Source: Longimicrobiales bacterium
Lineage (GTDB): Bacteria > Gemmatimonadota > Gemmatimonadetes > Longimicrobiales > Gaopeijiaceae
Direction of reading: 5' to 3'
Length of the DNA stretch: 64,000 bases
Assembly: GCA_041690395.1 (NCBI GenBank)
Contig: JAWLHJ010000001.1
Coordinates: 672,001-736,000, forward strand
The position numbers and the translations under genes are program-made. Below the pieces are notes generated by a model, which saw only the letters and a list, made by a program, of their open reading frames with translations, searched no databases and was not told where the DNA came from. Shown in pieces: positions 26,078 through 36,605 of the stretch (position 1 is its first letter; the number at the start of each line of letters is the position of its first letter).

Positions 26078-28746
26078 GTGACGGGCGGTCGAGGGGTGGG
26101 AGAAGAGGCGGGCGGGGCGGGGTGATCGGGCCTTCGGTCCGCGAGGACGTGGACCGGGAGATCCGGGCGCACCTCGCGCTCCGGACCGAGGAGCTCAGGG
26201 CGGAGGGATGGTCCGGGGAGGAGGCGGCCCGCGAGGCCGAGCGGCTCTTCGGGAACGTGGGGGAGGTGGCGGCGAGCTGCCGTAGGATCACCGAACGACA
26301 ACGACGAGTGGAAAGGAGGACGGGGATGTGGGAGGCGATCGTTCAGGACATGCGGTACGGGCTCAGAACCTTGATCAAGGCGCCGGAGTTCGCGCTTGTC
26401 GCGGTGCTGACCCTGGGGCTCGGGATCGGAGCGAACACGGCGATCTTCTCGGTCGTCGACAGCGTGCTCCTCGACCCGCTTCCCTACGAGGAGCCGGAGG
26501 ACATCCTCTGGGTGCGTGAGCGCAACACGTTCGGGAACCCCATGTACGTGGCGTGGGCGAACTTCGAGGACTGGCGGGTGGAGCAGGGAAGCTTCGGCTC
26601 GCTGGCCGCCTACAACTTCGGGACGACCACCGTTCTGGGTGGGGAGCAGCCGTTGGTCGGGCAGGTGAGCCGGGTCACTGCGGACCTCTGGCCCGTGTTT
26701 CGGGCGAGTGCCGCACGCGGTCGCCTTACGGCCCCCGCTGACCACGAGCCGGGCGCCGAGCCCGTGGGCGTCGTGAGCGAGCGCTTCTGGGCCAACGATC
26801 TGGCCGGAGCGCCGCTCGACGACCTCTTCCTCGAGGTGAGCGGAACGCGCCACCGCATCGTAGGCGTGGCCGCGGACGGCTTCGAGTTCCCGGCCGAGAC
26901 CGACGTGTGGGTCCCGGTGGCCGAGGATCAGCAATCGACGTATCGCTCGTCTCACAACTGGGAAGTGGTCGGGCGGCTGGCGGACGGGACGGCGCCGGAG
27001 GCCGCCACCGAAGAGATGGAGGCGCTTACGTTGCGCCTCGTCCAGACGAGCGAGGACTATCCCTCGGAGTACCTGGCGACCGGCGTGGTGACGCGGACGC
27101 TTCACGAGCAGCTCGTCGGCAACTCGCGGCGGCCGCTGCTCCTGTTGCTCGGCGCGGCGGGCCTGGTCCTCCTGGTCGCGTGCACCAATCTGGCGAGCAC
27201 CCTGCTCGCGCGGGGGGCGACTCGCTCCCGTGAGCTCGCCGTCCGGTCGTCGCTCGGGGCTCCCCGCACACGGATCGCACGGCAGCTCCTCACGGAGAGC
27301 GCGCTTCTGGCCGGAGCGGGGACGGCTCTGGGGCTCGGCATCGCGTATGCCGTGCTGACCGGGCTGCGGGCGCTGGGGCCCGAAGCGGTGCCGCGGCTCG
27401 ACGAGGTAGGGATCGACGGCACCGTGCTGATGTACGCCACCGGGATCGCCGCGCTCACCGTGCTCGGCTTCGGGCTCCTTCCAGCCCGGCGGCTCAGCAG
27501 GACCGACGCCGGCGAGGCCCTTCGCGAGGGCAGTCGAGGAAATGCAGGAGATCGACGCGCCACGATCTGGCGGGTCCTCGTCGCCGGCGAGGTCGCGCTC
27601 GCTCTGTTCCTCCTGGTCGCTTCGGGGCTCGTCGTGCGCTCATTCCAACAGCTCCTCCGGGAGGATGCCGGGTTCGACGCGGAGGATGTCACCACCCTGA
27701 CCATGAGTCTGTCCCCGGCGAAGTATCCGACGCCGGAGCAGCACGTGGCCTGGCACCGCACGTTCATCGAAGAAGCGGAGGCGCTCCCCGGAGTGTCGGC
27801 CGCGGGCTTCATCAGCTCGGTTCCCATGCGCGGCTTCTTTCCGACGGGTCGCATGGAGCTGGACGGCGACCTGGAGAAGTATGCGGACGCAGGATACGTG
27901 CTCGCCGACGCGGGCGCGTTGGAGGCGCTCGACGTCCCGTTGCTGCGCGGCCGCCTCTTCGACGAGCGCGACGGACCCGACGGGGTCCATGTCGCGGTGG
28001 TGAGTCAGAGCTTCGCCGACCAGTATTGGCCGGGCGAGGACCCCATCGGAAAGACCGTAACGGGAGGGGGCATGGATGATCTCTGGGAGGAGCGTCCCTT
28101 CTCGGAAGTGATCGGTGTGGTGGGAGACGTACGGTACCGGGGCCTCGATCGGGAGCCCGCGCCCACCGTCTACTTCCACTACTCCCAGCGTCCGTTCAGG
28201 GCCCAGTACTCGGCCTACGTCCTGGTGGAGGCTGAGACCGGTGACCCGGCTGTCCTGACCGCCCCGCTCCGTGCGACACTCCAGCGGTTGGACTCGGACG
28301 TGCCTCCGCGGATCGAGGCGCTCGACGCGACGGTGCGTGCGTCGGTCGCGCCGGAGCGGTTCACGATGCTCCTGCTCGGCGGGTTCGCCCTGCTGGCGCT
28401 CGTGCTCGCCGGGGCCGGCATCTACGGCGTCGTCTCCTACCAGGTGGCCCAGCGGACACGGGAGATGGGGATCCGGCTCGCGCTCGGTGGCGCACCGGGA
28501 GCCGTGCGACGCATGGTCGTCGGACAGTCGCTCGGGGTCGTGGCCATCGGCCTCGTGATCGGCGTCGCCGGCGTAGTGGCCGGTGGCCGCGTGGTCCGGG
28601 CGCTCCTCTACGGGATCGAGCCCACGGACCCGGTGAGCCTCGCGGGGGCGGTGCTCGTCCTGGGCGGAGCCGCGTGGCTGGCGAGCTGGATCCCGGCGGC
28701 ACGTGGCACCCGGGTCGACCCGATGATCACCATGCGGGCGGATTAG
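26074..28746 (+). CDS. ADOP-type duplicated MacB/FtsX-like ABC permease
   Basis: VDREIRAHL prefix, [66 protein letters not shown]. Confidence 0.93.
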   Translation: MSDGRSRGGRRGGRGGVIGPSVREDVDREIRAHLALRTEELRAEGWSGEEAAREAERLFGNVGEVAASCRRITERQRRVERRTGMWEAIVQDMRYGLRTLIKAPEFALVAVLTLGLGIGANTAIFSVVDSVLLDPLPYEEPEDILWVRERNTFGNPMYVAWANFEDWRVEQGSFGSLAAYNFGTTTVLGGEQPLVGQVSRVTADLWPVFRASAARGRLTAPADHEPGAEPVGVVSERFWANDLAGAPLDDLFLEVSGTRHRIVGVAADGFEFPAETDVWVPVAEDQQSTYRSSHNWEVVGRLADGTAPEAATEEMEALTLRLVQTSEDYPSEYLATGVVTRTLHEQLVGNSRRPLLLLLGAAGLVLLVACTNLASTLLARGATRSRELAVRSSLGAPRTRIARQLLTESALLAGAGTALGLGIAYAVLTGLRALGPEAVPRLDEVGIDGTVLMYATGIAALTVLGFGLLPARRLSRTDAGEALREGSRGNAGDRRATIWRVLVAGEVALALFLLVASGLVVRSFQQLLREDAGFDAEDVTTLTMSLSPAKYPTPEQHVAWHRTFIEEAEALPGVSAAGFISSVPMRGFFPTGRMELDGDLEKYADAGYVLADAGALEALDVPLLRGRLFDERDGPDGVHVAVVSQSFADQYWPGEDPIGKTVTGGGMDDLWEERPFSEVIGVVGDVRYRGLDREPAPTVYFHYSQRPFRAQYSAYVLVEAETGDPAVLTAPLRATLQRLDSDVPPRIEALDATVRASVAPERFTMLLLGGFALLALVLAGAGIYGVVSYQVAQRTREMGIRLALGGAPGAVRRMVVGQSLGVVAIGLVIGVAGVVAGGRVVRALLYGIEPTDPVSLAGAVLVLGGAAWLASWIPAARGTRVDPMITMRAD

Positions 28747-28795
28747 GCGCGGAGTGGGGAGAGAGCCGGTGCGGCCATCCCGGTGCGCGCCGCGC

Positions 28796-29728
28796 TCAGC
28801 CTCCGATCAGCCGTTCGCTCAACTCACGGAGCCGCTCCCGGGCGGCGGCGTCGTAGGCCTGAGCGTGGGCACGGGCGGGCTCCTGTCCGTCGAAATAGCG
28901 GCCCGTGCCCACGTCGGCATCCAGCACGAGCCGGAGCAGGGCGTCCCGTCCCTCCTCGACGGTGGCCCGTGGCCTTACGCCCGCTTCCCGCACCATGTCC
29001 GTGTCCATGAGCGTCGCCGGGTGGAGCGCGTTCACGGACACGCCGCTCCCCTCGAGCGATTCCGCGAGGTCGAACGTGAACAGGATCTGGGCCAGCTTGC
29101 TCTGCCCGTAGGCCCGGCCGCCGCTGTAGCCGCTCTCCAGCATGACGTCGTCGAAGTCGATCTCCGTCTGGGCGACGGAGGCGACGTTCACGATTCGCGC
29201 GGGGGTGGAGCGCCGGAGGAGCGGCAGGAGCGCGTGGGTGAGTTGGTACCCGGCGAGGTAGTTCACGTGGAAGGACAGCTCGTGCCCGTCGGCGCTCGTG
29301 CGGCGGGTGTCGTCGCCCGTCAGCCAGATCCCGGCGTTGTTCACGAGGACGTCGAGCCGCTCGAAGTCACGCAGGACGGCGTCGGCCAGCCGGCCGGTCT
29401 CGTCCACCGAGGCCAGATCGGCGGCGTAGAAGGTCGCCGAGCCCGGCCCGGCTTCGATCTCCTCGACCACGCGGCGCCCCCGTTCGGTGTCGCGCCCGTG
29501 CACGATCACGTGCCACCCCCGCTCTCCCAACGCGAGCGCCGTCGCCTGTCCGAGCCCACTGGTGGATCCGGTGATCATCGCGATGCCTCGGCCCTCGAGG
29601 GCCTCCGGCTCGGGTGCGGCTGTGTCGGGCATGATGGTCTGGGCTCCGGTGCGGGCGGGGGAGGCGATCAGCAGCGCGGCGAGCGCGACGGCCGAGATCA
29701 CGGCGCGCGTAGCGGGGAGCGGTCTCAC
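28796..29728 (-). CDS. SDR family oxidoreductase with a signal-peptide-like N-terminus
   Basis: ITGSTSGLG, LVNNAG, YGQSK; GGAGGT SD before GTG at 29728. Confidence 0.9.
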   Translation of the reverse strand: MRPLPATRAVISAVALAALLIASPARTGAQTIMPDTAAPEPEALEGRGIAMITGSTSGLGQATALALGERGWHVIVHGRDTERGRRVVEEIEAGPGSATFYAADLASVDETGRLADAVLRDFERLDVLVNNAGIWLTGDDTRRTSADGHELSFHVNYLAGYQLTHALLPLLRRSTPARIVNVASVAQTEIDFDDVMLESGYSGGRAYGQSKLAQILFTFDLAESLEGSGVSVNALHPATLMDTDMVREAGVRPRATVEEGRDALLRLVLDADVGTGRYFDGQEPARAHAQAYDAAARERLRELSERLIGG

Positions 29729-29909
29729 TTGTGACCTCCCGGGCGGGATCTGGGTATGCGGAAGGGGCCACGGGTTCGACCCCGGCCGGGAGTGCAAGGT
29801 CCATGGAGGGACTGGCGCGGTCACCAGGATCTCCGCGAGCGTCGGGCGAAGCAGGCGCTATACTTTTCGAAGCGATCCAACACAGATTTCGAGGACGAGG
29901 AAAGGGACG

Positions 29910-31646
29910 ATGACGAGAGGTGTGACGACACACGGGAAGGTCGGATTCCGCGGCGGCGCGATCCGGGTTCGGCTCTTCGGGGCCATGACGGCATTGGTGG
30001 TGGTTTCCGCCTGCTCGACCGCGCCGCCTTCGGAGCCACCCTCGGCCCAGCCCCCCGCCACCTCCGCCGCCGTCGAGACCGAGCGTCTCGAGACGATGCT
30101 GTACGCATTGGCCCACGATTCCATGATGGGGCGTGAGGCCGGCACCGAGGGGCACCGTCGGGCCGTGCGCTACCTCGAGGATCGTGCTCGGGCCTTCGGC
30201 CTCGAGCCGGCGGGCGAGAACGGCACGTACCTGCAGGAGGTGCCGATCGTCCGGCGCGGCATGCGCTCCACGCTACGTGATCCGTCCGGTCCCATCGAGG
30301 TCGGGCCCGACTTCGCGCCCCTCGTGCTCGAGGACCTGAACTCACCGGCGTCGCTCGACTTCACGGGCCTTCCGGTCGTCTACGGGGGCGACATGGCGGG
30401 GCCGAACGAGATCTCCGCCGAGGAAGGCACGGGCAAGATCGTGGTGCTCGGTGCGGCCCGCGGCCCCGAGGGTCGGGCGTTCGGCCTGGTGGGCCCGACG
30501 CTGCAGAAGCTGCAGGGAGCGGCCGCGGTTCTCATGGCCTCGAACGACTACGCGGACTCGGAGATCCTCGAGTTCCTGCTCGAGCCGCAGGTGACGCTCG
30601 ACGAGGGGGACGACGCGGAGCCCGAAGCGGGCGAAGGGCCCCTGCTCGCGTTCGTGTCGGAAGCACTCGTGGAGCGCCTCTTCGGCGAAGGCGTGGATGC
30701 GCTGCAGGCCGGCACGGAGGGGCCCGCGCTGACGGGGACCGTCGAGCCCAGCGAGGTGCCGGTCGACGTCCCGACCTACAACGTGGTGGCGCGCATCCCG
30801 GGAAGCGATCCCGCGCTGCGGGACGAGCACGTGGTCCTCTCGGCGCATAGCGACCACGTCGGCCTCAGCCGGCCGCCGCTTCCGCACGACTCGCTGCGTG
30901 CCTACCTCGAGGTCGTACGCCCGGGCGGAGCGGAGGACCCCGAGCGGGAGCCGACGCCTGAGGAGGCGGAGCGGATCCGGGCGATCCTGGCCGAGCGGGG
31001 CCGGAGCAACCGGCCGGACTCCATCAACAACGGTGCCGACGACGATGCGAGCGGGAGCGTGGCCCTCCTCGAGATCGGACGGGTGATCGCCGCCTCGGCC
31101 GAGCGTCCGCGCCGATCGGTACTCCTGGTGTGGCACACCGCCGAGGAGGGTGGACTCCTCGGCGCCCGCTACTACACCGACAACCCGACCGTGCCGCGCG
31201 AGCAGATGGTCACGACCGTGAACATCGACATGATCGGGCGGGGCACGGTCGAAGACACGGAGCTCGGCGGCCCCGGGTATATGCAGCTCATCGGCAGCCG
31301 CCGGCTCTCCACGCAGCTCGGCGACCTGGTCGAGGAGGTGAACCAGCGTGGAGGGCACGGCTTCGACTTCGACTATCAGTACGACGCCGAAGGGCATCCG
31401 CAGCAGTTCTACTGCCGGAGCGACCACTACATGTACGCCCGTTACGGCATCCCGGTGGTCTTCATGAGCACGGGAGGGCACCGCGACTACCACCAGCGGA
31501 CCGACGAGGCCCAGTACATCGATTACGACAAGCTGACGAGCGTGTCGGCGTTCGTGCACGACCTCGTGACCGACGTCGCCGACCTCGGCGAACGGCCCCT
31601 CGTGGACGGTCCGGTTCCGGACCCGAACGCTCCGTGTCAGCAGTAG
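29910..31646 (+). CDS. M28 family peptidase (PA-domain lipoprotein)
   Basis: LAHDSMMGR, SAHSDH, NGADDDASG, HTAEEGGLLG, NIDMIGR, RSDHY, DYH; lipobox VVSAC. Start may be further downstream. Confidence 0.92.
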   Translation: MTRGVTTHGKVGFRGGAIRVRLFGAMTALVVVSACSTAPPSEPPSAQPPATSAAVETERLETMLYALAHDSMMGREAGTEGHRRAVRYLEDRARAFGLEPAGENGTYLQEVPIVRRGMRSTLRDPSGPIEVGPDFAPLVLEDLNSPASLDFTGLPVVYGGDMAGPNEISAEEGTGKIVVLGAARGPEGRAFGLVGPTLQKLQGAAAVLMASNDYADSEILEFLLEPQVTLDEGDDAEPEAGEGPLLAFVSEALVERLFGEGVDALQAGTEGPALTGTVEPSEVPVDVPTYNVVARIPGSDPALRDEHVVLSAHSDHVGLSRPPLPHDSLRAYLEVVRPGGAEDPEREPTPEEAERIRAILAERGRSNRPDSINNGADDDASGSVALLEIGRVIAASAERPRRSVLLVWHTAEEGGLLGARYYTDNPTVPREQMVTTVNIDMIGRGTVEDTELGGPGYMQLIGSRRLSTQLGDLVEEVNQRGGHGFDFDYQYDAEGHPQQFYCRSDHYMYARYGIPVVFMSTGGHRDYHQRTDEAQYIDYDKLTSVSAFVHDLVTDVADLGERPLVDGPVPDPNAPCQQ

Positions 31647-32143
31647 GGATCCTCGTGCGCGACCTCCGGCCGGACGACTGGCCGGAGGTCCGCCGCATCT
31701 ACGAGGAAGGGATCGCCACCGGCAACGCGACCTTCGAGGCGGAGCCGCCGACCTGGGAGACGTTCGACGCGGGTCGGCTGCGCGCTCCCCGGCTCGTGGC
31801 CGAGGACCCGAGCGGCGTCGTGTTGGGGTGGGCCGTCCTCAGCCCGGTGTCGTCCCGCTGCGTCTACGGCGGGGTCGCCGAGGTGAGCGTGTACGTTGCG
31901 GTCGACGCCCGTGGCCGAGGAGTGGGCACGCAACTGCTCGGAGCGCTCGTCGAGCGGTCGGAGGCGGAGGGGCTCTGGACGCTCCAGGCCGGGATCTTCC
32001 CGGAGAACGAGGCGACGCTCGCCCTCCACCGGAAGCACGGGTTCCGTGAGGTCGGACGCCGAGTGAGGATCGGCCGGATGGACGGGCGTTGGCGCGACAC
32101 GCTGCTGCTCGAGCGGAGGAGCCAGGTGGTCGGGGCCGACTGA
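31634..32143 (+). CDS. GNAT acetyltransferase (phosphinothricin/methionine-sulfoximine acetyltransferase-like)
   Basis: IYEEGIATGNATFE, EVSVYV...RGRGVG, GIFPENEA..LH.KHGFREVG, WRD. Confidence 0.9.
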   Translation: MSAVGILVRDLRPDDWPEVRRIYEEGIATGNATFEAEPPTWETFDAGRLRAPRLVAEDPSGVVLGWAVLSPVSSRCVYGGVAEVSVYVAVDARGRGVGTQLLGALVERSEAEGLWTLQAGIFPENEATLALHRKHGFREVGRRVRIGRMDGRWRDTLLLERRSQVVGAD

Positions 32144-32185
32144 CGACGGGTTGCGGTCCGGCTCGCCGTTCCGCGAGAATCCGGT

Positions 32186-33046
32186 ATGGAAGTCATCGTC
32201 TATCCGAACCAGGCCCGCCCCGGCGTGGGACTCCGCCCGAAGAGCGAGAGCCAGCGCCCTCTACTCCCGCAGCACAGTCGCCATTGCCCGGTGCTCGAGG
32301 CCGGCAGTGCGCTGGGCTACCTCGTGTATCCCCCACTCGAGAAGCACGAGGCCTTCTTCGTCGAGTACAACGGGGAGGGGATCTACGACTTCAAGTACTT
32401 CCTCGCCAACGCGCAGGGGAAGTGGGAGCCGCTCTTCGCAGTCCGTTGGCAGCTCCCCGTCGGGAGCATCGGCAAGCTGAAGAGCGAGGTCGCGTTCGCC
32501 GTGAAGAATCCGCCCATCGACGAGGCGGCCGCGAAGCGGATCGTGCGAGCGTTCATCGTTCCCGAGGATCTCGGGACCCCGCCGGGAGCGATCACGTTCC
32601 GCGGCGCCTACAACTTCCGGACGCCCGAAGGGTGGGACACGGTGTACACCTCCGTGCTGAACCACATCGACCGGCCGGTCGCCCCCGCGCTGACGGTTCG
32701 CGTGGAGACCGACTGGTACGCGCAGCACACGGAGTTCCGCTACGTGCTCGAGCCCGGGCAGGGGATGCCCGGCGCGCATAGCCTGCCCATCGGCCAGGTC
32801 ATGTTCGTGCCCCGCGAGGAAGTGACGCTCCGCGACGCGAGCGAGCAGGAGGTCGAGGAGATCAACCAGTCGCGTGTCGACTTCAACGAGAAGAAGTCCG
32901 GCGAGAAGAAGACGACGCGCTACGGCCTGGAGTACAGCCCGCATTACTCGAAGGAGAGCCGGGCACGGCGCGGCGTGGGGGCGTCGCATGCGGAAGGCGA
33001 CGACGGGGGCGCGGAAGGCGAGCCGGACGACGACGGCCAGGACTGA
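32186..33046 (+). CDS. DUF6065-like hypothetical protein
   Basis: HCPVLEAGSALGY, FRTPEGW, VETDWY and IGQVMFVPR resemble the DUF6065 pattern as recalled; clean coding composition. Confidence 0.6.
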   Translation: MEVIVYPNQARPGVGLRPKSESQRPLLPQHSRHCPVLEAGSALGYLVYPPLEKHEAFFVEYNGEGIYDFKYFLANAQGKWEPLFAVRWQLPVGSIGKLKSEVAFAVKNPPIDEAAAKRIVRAFIVPEDLGTPPGAITFRGAYNFRTPEGWDTVYTSVLNHIDRPVAPALTVRVETDWYAQHTEFRYVLEPGQGMPGAHSLPIGQVMFVPREEVTLRDASEQEVEEINQSRVDFNEKKSGEKKTTRYGLEYSPHYSKESRARRGVGASHAEGDDGGAEGEPDDDGQD

Positions 33047-33064
33047 GCGGCCTCGGGTCCACCG

Positions 33065-33094
33065 TTGACGGGCTCCGGCGACGCCGGCTAGGTT
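33065..33094 (+). promoter_or_regulatory. possible sigma70 promoter for the riboswitch-TBDR transcript
   Basis: TTGACG-N18-TAGGTT ending about 20 nt before the riboswitch. Confidence 0.45.
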
Positions 33095-33115
33095 GACCCC
33101 ACAATTCAAGAATCT

Positions 33116-33278
33116 GCGGGCGGTGCATTTCGGAAGCCGGTGAGAATCCGGCACGGCCCCGCCACTGTGATGGGCTCGGCAGCATCAGCGCCGAACGGCC
33201 CCCTCGAAGCCACTGGGGTTAGAACACCCTGGGAAGGCGAGGGAACGCCGCCCTGAGTCAGGAGACCTGCACGCCCGC
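33116..33278 (+). ncRNA. cobalamin (B12) riboswitch
   Basis: GGAAGCCGGTGAGAATCCGGCACGGCCCCGCCACTGTGA, AGCCACTGGG...CTGGGAAGGC and the B12 box GAGTCAGGAGACCTGC; closing stem GCGGGCG/CGCCCGC; upstream of a TonB receptor. Confidence 0.92.
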
Positions 33279-33305
33279 GTTCCTCAGCACTCTTCGAGGG
33301 GAAGC

Positions 33306-35432
33306 GTGCGGGCTTTTTCGTATCTCGCGGGAGCGTTCGCGCTCCTCGCAGCGACATCCGACGTCGGGGCTCAGTTCCCCGGCGAGCTTCGGGGCGACGT
33401 GGTCGACGTGCTTTCCGGCCGTCCCGTCGCGTCCGCCGTGGTGCGCGTGGCCGGCACGACGGCCGCCACCGCCGCCGCCGGAGCGTTCCACCTCCGCGGC
33501 CTCGAGCCGGGGGAGCATCTCCTCGCGGTGACCGCGGCCGGCTACCTGGCCGCCGAGCGCAGCGTCGTCGTCGAGAACGGCACCGTCACGCACGTCCGTA
33601 TCGAGCTCGTCCCCGACGTGGTCGAAGTCGAAGGTGTCGTCGCCCGGGTCGAGGCCGCGCCCGCCGGCGTGCGGACCCTGTCGGGCCTGGAGCTCCGCGC
33701 TCTGCCCGCCCGGACGGTGGGCGAGATCGCGGCCACCCTCCCGGGCGTCACCGTCGATTCGCGCGGTCCGGGCGCTCCGGAGGTTCCGTCGATCCGCGGG
33801 AGCGGTGGAGACGCCGTACTCGTGCTGGTCGACGGTGTGCCCATCAACGACCCGGTGACGGGTGAGGCCGACCTCTCCACGCTTCCCGCCGCGACCGTAT
33901 CGGCCATCCACGTGCTCCCCGGTGGCCGCTCCGCGCGCTATGGAGCCCGCGCTGAAGGCGGCGTGATCCTGGTCGAGACGGGCGGGAGCGAGCGGTCGGG
34001 TGCGTCCTTCGGGGCAGCGGCCGGCTCCCTGGGGCGGCGCGCCCTGGACGGCTCGTGGCGGGGGCCCGCGCTGGGCGGCGCGCTCTCCCTCGCCGGGGGG
34101 CTGGACCGGCTCGACGGCGCATTCGACTTCGAGGTGCCGCCGGAGGCCGGGGGCGGACGGGCCACCCGTGAGAACGCGCGTGCCGACGGTGAGCACGGGC
34201 GTGTCGGCTGGACCATGGAGCGCGATCGCTCGAGCCTCAGGCTCGGCGTCTCCGGGGAGCGGCTCGAGCGCGGGCTGCCGGGACGGAGCTTCGCACCATC
34301 GCGTGCCGCGGAGCAGGAGCTCGAGCGCCTTCGGGCCTCGGGATCCTGGGACTGGTCGCCCTCGGAGCCCTGGCGCCTCGGCGCGAGCGCCTACGTCGTC
34401 TCCCAGGCCATGGAGCATCGGGATCCGGCGCCCCCCTTCGGCGACCCGTTCGACGACAGGACGACGCTGCGAGGCGCGGGCTCGGAGGTGAGGGCCTCGT
34501 ATCGTGCGGCGTCCGGACTCCGGCTCGCGACCGGCCTGGACGTCGCCCATCTGGGCGTGCGGAGCAGCCAACTCGCCGAAGGGACGGGGATCGTCCGGCG
34601 CACGGACGTCGGCGCGTGGCTCTCCGTCTCGCGGGAGATCCCGTCCGGAGTCTTCCTGTCCGCGACGGCACGCCTCGACCGCTCGGGGCTTCCTGCACGT
34701 CTGTACGCCAGTCACGACCTGGGCGTCGGATGGGCCGGGGGGTCGGGCGCGCGGCTTCGCCTCGCGCACCGCAGCTCGTTCAGCCCACCGACGCTCGGCG
34801 ACCAGTTCTTCCGCGAAGGCGTGGGCGTCGAGCCGAACCCGGACCTCCGGGCCGAGCGCGTCCCCTCGGAGTGGGCTGCCTCACTGGGGTGGGAGGGTGA
34901 GCTCGGCGGGCTCGTGTTCGAGGCGGAGACCGAGGCGTATCTGGGCGACATCCAGGGGATGATCGTCTGGCTTCCCGACTTCCGCTTCGTCTGGAGCCCG
35001 CGGAACCACGACGTGCGACGCCGGGGCCTCGAGTTGTCGGCTCGCGCTCGGCAGGTGGGCTCCGGATGGGACCTTCGCGGGCACGCCGCGTGGAACCGCA
35101 CGACGTACGACCGCCCGGGGCTCGACGACGCCCAGGTGGTCTACCGACCGGAGCTGTCGGGCGGCGCGGTGGTGTCGTGGTCGGGCGCGGGCTGGAGTGC
35201 GTCGCTCGCGACCCAACTGGTCGGCGCCCGCTACCCGGTGCCCAACCGGGTCAACCGCCTCCCTCCCTTCTGGACCACAGACGCCTCTCTGTCACGGCGC
35301 TGGGACACTTCGCTCGGGCCGCTCGCGATCGGCCTCTCGGTGGACCGCGTCTTCGACAACGACGACTCACTGATCTTCGCCTTCCCCGAGCCCGGACGGA
35401 CCGTCCGGCTCTCCGCGCGACTCGGAGGCTGA
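33306..35432 (+). CDS. btuB: TonB-dependent receptor, probable cobalamin transporter (BtuB-like)
   Basis: Signal peptide, N-terminal carboxypeptidase-regulatory-like domain, plug motifs SIRGS...VLVLVDGVPIN and SARYGARAEGGVI, NPDLRAE, C-terminal PGRTV; B12 riboswitch upstream. Confidence 0.85.
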   Translation: MRAFSYLAGAFALLAATSDVGAQFPGELRGDVVDVLSGRPVASAVVRVAGTTAATAAAGAFHLRGLEPGEHLLAVTAAGYLAAERSVVVENGTVTHVRIELVPDVVEVEGVVARVEAAPAGVRTLSGLELRALPARTVGEIAATLPGVTVDSRGPGAPEVPSIRGSGGDAVLVLVDGVPINDPVTGEADLSTLPAATVSAIHVLPGGRSARYGARAEGGVILVETGGSERSGASFGAAAGSLGRRALDGSWRGPALGGALSLAGGLDRLDGAFDFEVPPEAGGGRATRENARADGEHGRVGWTMERDRSSLRLGVSGERLERGLPGRSFAPSRAAEQELERLRASGSWDWSPSEPWRLGASAYVVSQAMEHRDPAPPFGDPFDDRTTLRGAGSEVRASYRAASGLRLATGLDVAHLGVRSSQLAEGTGIVRRTDVGAWLSVSREIPSGVFLSATARLDRSGLPARLYASHDLGVGWAGGSGARLRLAHRSSFSPPTLGDQFFREGVGVEPNPDLRAERVPSEWAASLGWEGELGGLVFEAETEAYLGDIQGMIVWLPDFRFVWSPRNHDVRRRGLELSARARQVGSGWDLRGHAAWNRTTYDRPGLDDAQVVYRPELSGGAVVSWSGAGWSASLATQLVGARYPVPNRVNRLPPFWTTDASLSRRWDTSLGPLAIGLSVDRVFDNDDSLIFAFPEPGRTVRLSARLGG

Positions 35433-35465
35433 GCCCGCGCGGACTCTTCCCCAAGGAGTCTTTCC

Positions 35466-36518
35466 ATGCATCGCCAGAACAAGCTACTCGCCCTCCTCAT
35501 CGTCGCGATCTCGCTCGTGTCGTTGCCGGCCTGCTCGGACGATCCGATCGGCCCCGACGTCTCGGCACGTGAGGTCGGGGTGGTGGTGACGAGCACCGAC
35601 CTCGCGCTGACGGTCTTCGACGTGGACGACCCGGATGTGTCCGAGACCGTGGGCCTCGGCGCCGACGGCAGCCCGGTCGGCTTCGCCATGCGTGGCCGAT
35701 ATGCCGCGGTGCCCATGGGCATCGTGCCGGCCGTCGCGGTGGTCGACCTCGACGATGCGGCCCTGGTGCGGACCGTCGCTCTCCCGGAGGGGTCGGGCGC
35801 GACCGGTATCGCGTTCCTCAACGACTCGATCGCGTTGGTCGCGAACCCCGACCTGGGATCCGTGACGCCGGTCAACGTAATCGCCGGGACCGCGGGTGCC
35901 GAGATCGATGTCGGGCGGTATCCGCAGGACGTGGTCGTTCAGGGCGGGCGCGCGTATGTGGTGAACGCGGAGCTCGAGAGCTTCCAGCCAGCGGGCCCCT
36001 CGACCATCACGGTCCTCGACGCCGTCTCGCTCGCCGTGCTCGACACCATCGAGCTGAGCGGCCAGAACGCGGCGAGAGGGGCGCTGGGGCCGGACGGGCG
36101 TCTGTACGTCATCCAGTCGGGGAGCTTCGGTGCGGACGACGGCGCGCTTTCCGTCGTGGACCTCGGCACGGGGGCGGAGGTCGACTTCGTGGAGGGCTTC
36201 GGCGGGTTCCCCGGGTCGATCGCGGTCGATGACGCCGGGCTGGTGTACGTCGGCGGCTTCGGCGTCGGGATGCTCGTGTGGGACTCGGCGACGGAGACGT
36301 TCGTGCGGGGTCTCGACGATCCGGTCACGCCCGGGGGCGTGGCGAGCACGTCCGGCATCGGCTTCGACGCGGCGGGCCGGGTCTACGCCCTCGAGCCCGA
36401 CTGTCAGAATCCGGCCGTGGCGCATCGGCTGACTCCGATCTTCGAGTCGGAGCTGGAGATTCCCGTGGGCATCTGTCCGATCGCGATCGCGTTCACGGAG
36501 GTGCAGGACGAGGGGTGA
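35466..36518 (+). CDS. YncE/YVTN-type beta-propeller lipoprotein
   Basis: AAGGAG SD; lipobox SLPAC; blades IDVGRYPQDVVVQGGRAYVVN and IPVGICPIAIAF. Confidence 0.82.
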   Translation: MHRQNKLLALLIVAISLVSLPACSDDPIGPDVSAREVGVVVTSTDLALTVFDVDDPDVSETVGLGADGSPVGFAMRGRYAAVPMGIVPAVAVVDLDDAALVRTVALPEGSGATGIAFLNDSIALVANPDLGSVTPVNVIAGTAGAEIDVGRYPQDVVVQGGRAYVVNAELESFQPAGPSTITVLDAVSLAVLDTIELSGQNAARGALGPDGRLYVIQSGSFGADDGALSVVDLGTGAEVDFVEGFGGFPGSIAVDDAGLVYVGGFGVGMLVWDSATETFVRGLDDPVTPGGVASTSGIGFDAAGRVYALEPDCQNPAVAHRLTPIFESELEIPVGICPIAIAFTEVQDEG

Positions 36519-36605
36519 GGCCAATCGGCGCGGTCCCTCTGGCCATGACTGCCTCCGGGGGCGAGGATACGCGGACTCCACCGTCCTCCCAGGAAGCGCG
36601 ACGAC

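Noticed and set aside
25739..28746. PadR plus permease without an ATPase gene
   Set aside because: This is the already described ADOP orphan-permease arrangement, not a novelty.
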